Of a DNA stretch of 14,354 bases, positions 1-5,731 are shown piece by piece. The notes under the pieces are model-generated. The model searched no databases, was not told the DNA's origin, and saw only the letters and a program-made list of their open reading frames with translations. Every line of letters starts with the position of its first letter. Positions within the stretch are counted from its first letter, which is position 1. Source of the DNA: Bdellovibrionales bacterium (lineage in GTDB: Bacteria; Bdellovibrionota; Bdellovibrionia; Bdellovibrionales; JAMPXM01); NCBI GenBank assembly GCA_043739185.1, contig JAYUEN010000265.1, positions 1-14,354 on the forward strand, read 5' to 3'. The position numbers and the translations under genes are program-made.

Positions 1-1839
1 GGCATAGCACTGACCATTGGCCATGGCGTTGCTACTATTCACTACAATTGAAGTAGGTACGGATTGCGCCACTCCAAAATCTAAATTCATTGGATAGTAT
101 CCAGGAGACTGAACCATTATATTATAATAGTCATTTGCAGTGCCCACAAAATAAATGGTAGCCACACTTTGGCCAGAGGCAAAGCTATAAGTCAGATTAG
201 GTGATGGACTCGAACAACCTGCGGAAAGTGAAAAACCAGAGCCCGCCATACTTGACGAATTCGCATTGACGCTGAGATTCGCGCTAAAAGCTGACGGTGT
301 CGTATAGGCTGCCCCTGCAGGCGTTAACAATTTGAGGTTAAAAGATTTGCAGCTGGAAACAGAACCAGTATTATTTGATCCCCCACCAGAATCGACCAAT
401 GCAAACTGCAAATTTGAAGTGGATGAATTATTAAACCACTGCGCTGCCGAATGAAAATAAATTGGTCTACGTGAATTTGAATACGGACACAGCAATGTAA
501 TCAAACTCTGACCTGCAACTGGCGCTGAGCCGACATTAAATGAAGTTGAATTATGAGCTACCGCAACTTGCCCGCCGCTCGTGAATCCAAAGCTAGAAAC
601 CAAGTTTTCACAGGCATAGCCATTATTGATTTGATATGGAGGGCTACCCGTTGATGGTGTATCCCATTTGTAAAATGCTTCAACTCCGTCGATTCCGGCA
701 CTGGCCCCAGGCATAAATTGCCAGCCCAAAGTAAGCGTTGAGCCACTTAAACTTCCGGTTATTTGTTGCGCATTGCCTGAACCAGAATTAGTAAGTTGAA
801 AGGGGCCTCTAAAGAGCATAATTTGATCATTGCTAGATAAAAGGCTTTCGTCGAATTTCAAATTACTGACATTATCAATTGTTGAACAACTCGAATCCGA
901 ATTCGTTCCGCCAGCAACTAAGCAAGCTTGATTTGCGGCACATGCTGATAGTGAACCATTCCAATTGATTGGAGATGATCCGGCAGCGTCCAAAAATAGA
1001 TGTGGAATTACCAGCGAGGCTGCGGGATTGAAACAAACTTTTTTAGAGCTCGATCCTGGTCCAAAAAATCCCGCCAAAATATATTCTGCAGAATTGTAGT
1101 TTGAATTGCCGCCCCCACTATTGATTCTGTAACCAGCAGGAACACTCACCAATGCCGAAGCCATGCCAGAAGTAAAAGACGAAGCTGGTTGATAGTTTGA
1201 CAAGATGACTGTTCCATCATCTGCTTTATAAGTAAAACTCTGTCCCGGAAGCGAGAAGGCACTAAACCAACCACCGAAAATTTCATTCTGATCAAGGATC
1301 ATTTGTGGCTTGCCTGTTCCCGGAGTAAAATAAGTACTCAGGATACCCGTTGGCCCACTGCCAGCAGCATTCAAATAACGTCCGACAATTCGCCCCTGAG
1401 AATTGGCCGTGCCAATTGCATTCACATCGATTGCAACCGGAACTGAAGCCGCTGCTAAGTCTTGGGTCACATCATTATAATAAAAATACAAATTTTGACT
1501 GGCATCTTGAGTAACATAAAGCACTTGAATAAGGCGCGCTAAGCCCTGATTAACTGTGATTGAAACTCCTGGTGGAGCGGATGAAGTGGCATTATTACCA
1601 TGAGAATCCCATGCCCAAAATACGGTGGTCATATCAGGAGCACTTATATTGACCGAAATATGCACCGGAATTTCAACTGTTGACGATGCTTGGCTAGATT
1701 GATTTTGCGAAGTGGGAAATACGAGCTTAACTTGGCTTGTATCGTTCGCTGCTCGGGTACATGAATTTAAAAATACGAATACCAATAGGAGAATTACCCC
1801 AAGTAGTCTTCGAGAAGTCATGCCACTTACGTCCATCAT
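1..1839 (-). CDS. Large Ser/Gly/Asn-rich putative surface lipoprotein, 3' end outside window (>=613 codons)
   Basis: Not in ORF track (no stop in window). Manual translation from 1839: MMDVSGMTSRRLLGVILLLVFVFLNSC-TRAANDTSQVKLVFP...SNAMANGQCYA, open to base 1. GAGGT SD-like at 1844-1848 (start may be 1836 or 1821). Basic N-terminus, hydrophobic stretch and lipobox-like LNSC; several Cys and beta-rich composition. Confidence 0.85.
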   Translation of the reverse strand, partial: MMDVSGMTSRRLLGVILLLVFVFLNSCTRAANDTSQVKLVFPTSQNQSSQASSTVEIPVHISVNISAPDMTTVFWAWDSHGNNATSSAPPGVSITVNQGLARLIQVLYVTQDASQNLYFYYNDVTQDLAAASVPVAIDVNAIGTANSQGRIVGRYLNAAGSGPTGILSTYFTPGTGKPQMILDQNEIFGGWFSAFSLPGQSFTYKADDGTVILSNYQPASSFTSGMASALVSVPAGYRINSGGGNSNYNSAEYILAGFFGPGSSSKKVCFNPAASLVIPHLFLDAAGSSPINWNGSLSACAANQACLVAGGTNSDSSCSTIDNVSNLKFDESLLSSNDQIMLFRGPFQLTNSGSGNAQQITGSLSGSTLTLGWQFMPGASAGIDGVEAFYKWDTPSTGSPPYQINNGYACENLVSSFGFTSGGQVAVAHNSTSFNVGSAPVAGQSLITLLCPYSNSRRPIYFHSAAQWFNNSSTSNLQFALVDSGGGSNNTGSVSSCKSFNLKLLTPAGAAYTTPSAFSANLSVNANSSSMAGSGFSLSAGCSSPSPNLTYSFASGQSVATIYFVGTANDYYNIMVQSPGYYPMNLDFGVAQSVPTSIVVNSSNAMANGQCYA

Positions 1840-1871
1840 CTCTACCTCTGTAATATTTTTCTTATTGCTTC

Positions 1872-1899
1872 TTATCGGTATAATGATTTGGGTTTGTGA
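1872..1899 (-). promoter_or_regulatory. Putative sigma28/FliA-type promoter for the lipoprotein gene
   Basis: ACCGATAA on - strand at 1872-1879 (consensus GCCGATAA); weak -35 TCAC 16 nt upstream. Confidence 0.45.
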
Positions 1900-1972
1900 G
1901 ATGTTCGCAAAAGATTTGTAATGCAATTTAGATTCTTGCTTTATTTTGAGAAAAACTTTGTCTCAGATTTAT

Positions 1973-2602
1973 TCAAACGAAATGAAAATGCCTCAAAACG
2001 AGGTAGGTGCAGCAAAAGAGGCCAATCGATAAAAGCGAACCAAATAAAAAAGATCTCAAATTTAACTTACTTGGTTTAATTTCAAGTGATTTTTCTTGCT
2101 TTTGATGGGTCTCGAGAGCTTGTTTCAAATTCATAATTTGCTCTTCTAATTTTAAAACTTGAGCTCTTAAATTCGAGCTCTCGCTAAGGAGGCTCACCTG
2201 CAGAGCTTGGGTAGTTTCTAATACCGCCCCACTTTGCTTGCCATTGGCATGCAACCAAAAATTCACATCAAAGCCGGGATACTTATCGTTGAGGGCAAGA
2301 TACCACTCGCAAGCCCTCAAGATATGAGGTGGCGTCTTGCCTTCGTCTGAAAGCCATCTACTCCAGCTGCTTGGATCAACCAATAGGAGTTGGCAAATCT
2401 TCCTTTGGCTTAGGTTTAATTTGGCCTGAATTCCTCTCAGACCGCCGAATTTTTTTAAAATTATTTGTGATTCGGCTTCATACTTCAGTCGTAACGAGGT
2501 TTTAGCACGAATATTTAAACTATTTTCTAAGTCTATTTTTAGGTCTGCACCCAAAGAGCCATTGCTAAATGCTTGATCCTGCTTGAGTACGTCTATCTGC
2601 AT
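1973..2602 (-). CDS. XRE/Cro-like HTH protein with coiled coil and C-terminal transmembrane anchor (209 aa)
   Basis: HTH-like LRGIQAKLNLSQRKICQLLLVDPSSWSRWL; heptad-like LRAQVLKLEEQIMNLKQAL; hydrophobic C-terminal FLFGSLLSIGLFCCTYLVL; AGGGGG SD 8 nt before ATG. Confidence 0.8.
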   Translation of the reverse strand: MQIDVLKQDQAFSNGSLGADLKIDLENSLNIRAKTSLRLKYEAESQIILKKFGGLRGIQAKLNLSQRKICQLLLVDPSSWSRWLSDEGKTPPHILRACEWYLALNDKYPGFDVNFWLHANGKQSGAVLETTQALQVSLLSESSNLRAQVLKLEEQIMNLKQALETHQKQEKSLEIKPSKLNLRSFLFGSLLSIGLFCCTYLVLRHFHFV

Positions 2603-2650
2603 GTTATCAGCCCCCTATTGGTAGCCTTATTCTAAATTCTAGCCTTTGGC

Positions 2651-2680
2651 TGGCAACTAAAATCGAAATTTTTGCTGCCA
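2651..2680. promoter_or_regulatory. Imperfect inverted repeat, possible operator upstream of the HTH gene
   Basis: TGGCAACTAAAATC-GA-AATTTTTGCTGCCA; arms match 11/14. Confidence 0.4.
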
Positions 2681-2717
2681 TTTTATTGTATTTCACCATA
2701 AAAGACGATGTATTATA

Positions 2718-2762
2718 CAATATATATGCATGCCTGGACATTCCATTAGGCATAATATATTG
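2718..2762. repeat. Bulged hairpin / inverted repeat
   Basis: CAATATAT(2718-2725) pairs with ATATATTG(2755-2762); ATGCCT(2730-2735) pairs with AGGCAT(2748-2753). Confidence 0.45.
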
Positions 2763-2828
2763 AAATTACTTATTATTATAAAAACAAGAAATCGTTCTGA
2801 ATTGGCGGTTAATTTTAGACGCGAGGTG

Positions 2829-2883
2829 ACTTACACTTATAGTTATAAGTTAGACTATTAAATATTTAATAATATTAACTTAT
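2829..2883. other. Overlapping palindromes upstream of the recombinase; candidate recombinase binding/crossover site
   Basis: ACTTACACTTA-TAGTTA-TAAGTTAGACT (2829-2856, 11-6-11; core ACTTAT-N4-ATAAGT) overlapping a 39-bp imperfect palindrome (2845-2883) with a perfect 16-bp centre TATTAAATATTTAATA (2856-2871). Confidence 0.4.
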
Positions 2884-2940
2884 TTTTAGTTTCTTAAAAT
2901 TTTGCTTTGCTTATCTCAATTTTTTTGATTTGATCAATTT

Positions 2941-3477
2941 ATGGCTTCAACACTGAGATACGCACTAAATAAGAACAAATATCTGCTCGATCCTGAGCTT
3001 GAATCCTTAGAAAATTTATTGAAAAAGTCATCCTCTGCAGAGCTTCGGGACTCAAGCCTACTTTCACTTGCCTTGGCCACTGGCGCTAGGGCTCAAGAAC
3101 TTTTGAATATTAGGCGTACTGACCTCAATATTTATGATCAGAGCATTTTTATAAGGGGTCTCAAATCTAGCAATGATCGTGAAATTCCGATTCGAGAAGA
3201 ATTATTCTCTCAGATTCTAAGCCTTGCAAAAGAAGTGGGTGCAAGTGAGCTCATCTTTCAAATTGGTTACCATCGCCTCAGGCAAATCTGGAAATGGTAC
3301 CGTCCGGTTGATAAGAAATTTCACTGTTTAAGACATACATTTGCCATCAGACTTTATCGAAAGACTAAAGATATTCGCCTAGTGCAAGTAGCTTTGGGGC
3401 ACCGGAATATTACAAATACCATGGTTTATGCTGATTATGTATATTCCCAGCAGGAGCTTAAAAAATTAATTCTTTGA
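2941..3477 (+). CDS. Minimal tyrosine recombinase (catalytic domain only, FimB/FimE-like size; 178 aa)
   Basis: Full catalytic set: R50 (TGARAQE), K75, H128-x-x-R131 (HCLRHTFA), H154 (LGH), Y163 (TMVY). Only ~35 residues precede box I, so there is no XerC/D-type core-binding domain. No clear SD. Confidence 0.93.
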   Translation: MASTLRYALNKNKYLLDPELESLENLLKKSSSAELRDSSLLSLALATGARAQELLNIRRTDLNIYDQSIFIRGLKSSNDREIPIREELFSQILSLAKEVGASELIFQIGYHRLRQIWKWYRPVDKKFHCLRHTFAIRLYRKTKDIRLVQVALGHRNITNTMVYADYVYSQQELKKLIL

Positions 3478-3795
3478 TTAGTTGGTGCGCTCAACAATAT
3501 CTGAAATATCTTTATAATTTGAAGCATTCTTAGTATCTGCTTCATCTTTGTCAAAATCGATTTCGACAGCTTCTTTTACCTTACCGCCCTTGAGGGATTT
3601 TGGTACTTCAATGGTTTGAAACTCACTGGCCGGGGCGCGACTGATCGATTGGATGATTTCTTTATTTTCTTTTAGGGAGTCATTGAGGGCGGCATTAAGA
3701 TCCGTTGCATCGGCCATTGCTTTTGAGGCACCCAAGCCCAAGCCAAGTATCAAACAAACAGATAAGTTAATGAATAATTGTAGCGAACTTCTCAT
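3478..3795 (-). CDS. Small secreted hypothetical protein, paralogue A (105 aa)
   Basis: Signal peptide ending AMA; AAGGGG SD; similar to the neighbouring gene (LNAALNDSLKE, VEIDFD, ASNYKD). Confidence 0.8.
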   Translation of the reverse strand: MRSSLQLFINLSVCLILGLGLGASKAMADATDLNAALNDSLKENKEIIQSISRAPASEFQTIEVPKSLKGGKVKEAVEIDFDKDEADTKNASNYKDISDIVERTN

Positions 3796-3828
3796 AAGAC
3801 CCCTTATTTGGTTAGCTTGTTTAATCTT

Positions 3829-3852
3829 AATTGCAAGCTATGCCAGTCTCAT
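3829..3852 (-). promoter_or_regulatory. Conserved upstream motif copy A (TGGCAT-N3-TTGCAATT)
   Basis: ATGAGACTGGCATAGCTTGCAATT, 33 nt before ATG; 19/24 identical to 4338-4361. Confidence 0.65.
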
Positions 3853-3923
3853 GTCTCATATAAGGGCAGCTCATGAATCATCGCTGTGTTGATAATTTTC
3901 ACGTGAAAAGAAAATTTTAAGTA

Positions 3924-3940
3924 TGTCCAAACTTTAGACA
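3924..3940. promoter_or_regulatory. TGTC-N9-GACA palindrome, candidate activator site for paralogue A
   Basis: TGTCCAA-ACT-TTAGACA, starting 79 nt from the TGGCA element. Confidence 0.5.
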
Positions 3941-4001
3941 CTGCAGTTGCACCCCTGTTTACTAGGGGGATCGTCTAAATATTAGAGACTATTGAAGGCG
4001 C

Positions 4002-4307
4002 TTAGTAGCGGTCCTCGCGCAAATTTCCGGTTGCTTGGCTATCTTTATAGTTTGCTGCGTGCTCTCGATCAGGCTCATCTAGATTGATTTCAACCTTCGA
4101 GCGCGCTTTTACTTTGTGATTCGCGCTTTTGGCTTCTTCGGCTAGATTTTGATTCATTGATTGTGCTAGATCACGGCTTTCTTGAAGTGAGTTGTTTAAA
4201 GCAGAATCTAAGGCTGAGGTTGTGGCATTGGCATAGTCCATAATCAGTAGGGCTGCCGCCAATAAGACCGACAGAAAAAATATTCTAGGCAGAGTATTTC
4301 GAGACAT
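4002..4307 (-). CDS. Small secreted hypothetical protein, paralogue B (101 aa from the re-assigned start)
   Basis: Start moved from 4361 to 4307 (GGAGG at 4313-4317); signal peptide ending ANA; LDSALNNSLQE, VEINLD, AANYKD align with paralogue A. Confidence 0.8.
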   Translation of the reverse strand: MSRNTLPRIFFLSVLLAAALLIMDYANATTSALDSALNNSLQESRDLAQSMNQNLAEEAKSANHKVKARSKVEINLDEPDREHAANYKDSQATGNLREDRY

Positions 4308-4337
4308 AAAGTCCTCCGTTAAAGTTATAATATATAG

Positions 4338-4361
4338 AATTGCAAATGATGCCAAGCTCAT
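4338..4361 (-). promoter_or_regulatory. Conserved upstream motif copy B (TGGCAT-N3-TTGCAATT)
   Basis: ATGAGCTTGGCATCATTTGCAATT, 30 nt before ATG 4307. Confidence 0.65.
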
Positions 4362-4433
4362 CTCGAATACAGGGGTGCTTCAAGTCCGTTTAAAGCAGAG
4401 TTCTCCTGAGTGCGCCCAAGAGCATTCTGCGAA

Positions 4434-4450
4434 TGTCAAAAAACTCGACA
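4434..4450. promoter_or_regulatory. TGTC-N9-GACA palindrome, candidate activator site for paralogue B
   Basis: AATGTC-N9-GACATT; TGTC starts 80 nt from the TGGCA element. Confidence 0.5.
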
Positions 4451-4687
4451 TTTTGAGGTATCTTTCTTCTTTTGGTTGGTCCATTTTTAGCTCTAGATTT
4501 TAAATCAGATTAATTTGCAGCTGCAGCGGTTAGCCGCTTGGTTGTTTCGGTTTCTGAATTCAGAGTATTAGTTTGTAGAGGCACGCTCCCAATTGATCTG
4601 CCAGCAGATGAAGCTCAACCAATGAATCCTCTAAATCAATTAAAAAAATAGGATTGGACCCATAGCGCGATTAGGTTCAAGAGACCT

Positions 4688-5191
4688 TCAGTTCGGAGAT
4701 TTTCGTAAAAATTTAAAGAACTTTGTTGGATTGGAATCCAATTCAAGCTGGCAATTTTCTACTTTACAGTCTTTGAATTTTTGAATATCCGCCGCTACGC
4801 TTACAATATTGTTTTTTACAATGACGTCTTTTCCTACTTCAAAAAGAAAATCCTGCAAAAACCCACATTTTTCGCAAAAATAGGGTGCGTAAAAAGAAAG
4901 AATTCGGGCGCCCTCCGGGAGAAATCCTGAGACGGCATTGAACTGATGAATCAATCTCTTTGGACAATTAATCATAAAGATTTTGAATTTAGCAGACAAT
5001 GGCTCAATCCATTCAACCCAATCACGAATTCCGAGAGAGTTGATATAAGTTAGTTCTTGCAAATCAAAAATCAACTTTTTTGCTGGATAATTGTCCAAAT
5101 TTGGAAACTCAGTTTCTTCGCTGATCATTCCAGACATAACCAATTTAATCTCTGAATGATCTGCGCTTACCTGTACGGAAATTTGGGACAT
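4688..5191 (-). CDS. STAS-domain (anti-anti-sigma-like) protein with C-terminal Cys4 putative Zn ribbon
   Basis: LIFDLQELTYINSLGIRDW resembles the STAS D-L-x-x-hydrophobic-x-[YF]-I-[DN]-S-x-G motif with its phospho-acceptor Ser; CEKC and CKVENC pairs. Start 5191 preferred (AAGGA upstream); ORF extends to 5218. Confidence 0.8.
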   Translation of the reverse strand: MSQISVQVSADHSEIKLVMSGMISEETEFPNLDNYPAKKLIFDLQELTYINSLGIRDWVEWIEPLSAKFKIFMINCPKRLIHQFNAVSGFLPEGARILSFYAPYFCEKCGFLQDFLFEVGKDVIVKNNIVSVAADIQKFKDCKVENCQLELDSNPTKFFKFLRKSPN

Positions 5192-5320
5192 CTGAATTTT
5201 CCTTCTTTTTTTTTGCATTATTCAATATTCTAAATAGAGCGCAATTCAATTGATAGTCTAGTTTCAAAAGACAAAGTATAATAAAATTTTAGCTATTTTG
5301 AGGTCGGTGAATGAATGAGT

Positions 5321-5731
5321 CTAGCAGGCATTGCAGTTTTTAATTGATGCTGTAGGCGCTGAGGTTACACCATCGGTGGCATCTAAACTTTGTACGGGAA
5401 CAATGTTATTAGGCATAGTAAACTGCACGTCGACTGTACAAGAATTTGAGGGCAGTAGCTTAACCCCTGTGCAGTTATCATTAATCAAAGAATAAGTAGG
5501 ATCACCAGGACTTAGGCTGAGGCTAATTGGTTTTGATTTGAGAGCGCCCAAATTGGTCAGGACAAATGTTTGTGTAGTTGTCGCACCATAACCGTCAAAT
5601 TGAAATTGTATAGGAGTCCATGCCAATACTGTTCCATTAGGAATCTGTGGCAGCATCATGAATCCTGAGTTTCCACCAGCGAAACAAATTTTAAAATTAA
5701 ATATCATTAAAAATATTAAAATAGCTTTCAT
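5321..5731 (-). CDS. Small secreted Ig-like (choice-of-anchor D/ASH-like) protein, 136 aa, translationally coupled to the fibre gene
   Basis: ATG at 5731 overlaps the upstream stop (TGATG); signal peptide MKAILIFLMIFNFKICFA; TQTFVLTNLG...NDNCTGVKLLPSNSCTVDVQF pattern; ends CNAC. Confidence 0.78.
   Translation of the reverse strand: MKAILIFLMIFNFKICFAGGNSGFMMLPQIPNGTVLAWTPIQFQFDGYGATTTQTFVLTNLGALKSKPISLSLSPGDPTYSLINDNCTGVKLLPSNSCTVDVQFTMPNNIVPVQSLDATDGVTSAPTASIKNCNAC

Larger units (their letters stand above)
3949..4378. repeat. Perfect 10-bp inverted repeat pair bracketing paralogue B and its promoter motif
   Basis: GCACCCCTGT (3949-3958) and ACAGGGGTGC (4369-4378). The match is exact; function is unproven. 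Confidence 0.4.

Noticed and set aside
558..1921. ORFs 558-746 and 1712-1921 (also 3653-3892, 11543-12508 and 12975-13940 sets)
   Set aside because: They overlap better-supported genes in another frame or strand.
2603..2940. Canonical XerCD dif site; calling the gene xerC/xerD
   Set aside because: No CATAA-N6-TTATGTTAAA match, and the protein lacks the N-terminal domain, so no symbol was assigned.
2849..3477. Integron (GTTAGAC fits GTTRRRY; recombinase beside small genes)
   Set aside because: Protein is too short and lacks the IntI-specific insertion; the 7-mer points toward the recombinase gene; no attC-like repeats follow the small genes.
3833..3845. Canonical sigma54 promoter
   Set aside because: Spacing is GG-N8-GC, not N10; reported as a non-canonical finding instead.
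3896..3909. Perfect 14-bp palindrome TTTTCACGTGAAAA
   Set aside because: Single copy with no counterpart upstream of paralogue B; no function can be assigned.
3952..3968. Intrinsic terminator CCCCT-N7-AGGGG after paralogue B
   Set aside because: Only a 5-bp stem and no U-tract on the transcribed strand.
4308..4361. ORF-track N-terminal extension of paralogue B
   Set aside because: Strong GGAGG precedes ATG 4307, the signal peptide starts there, and the extension contains the shared upstream motif.
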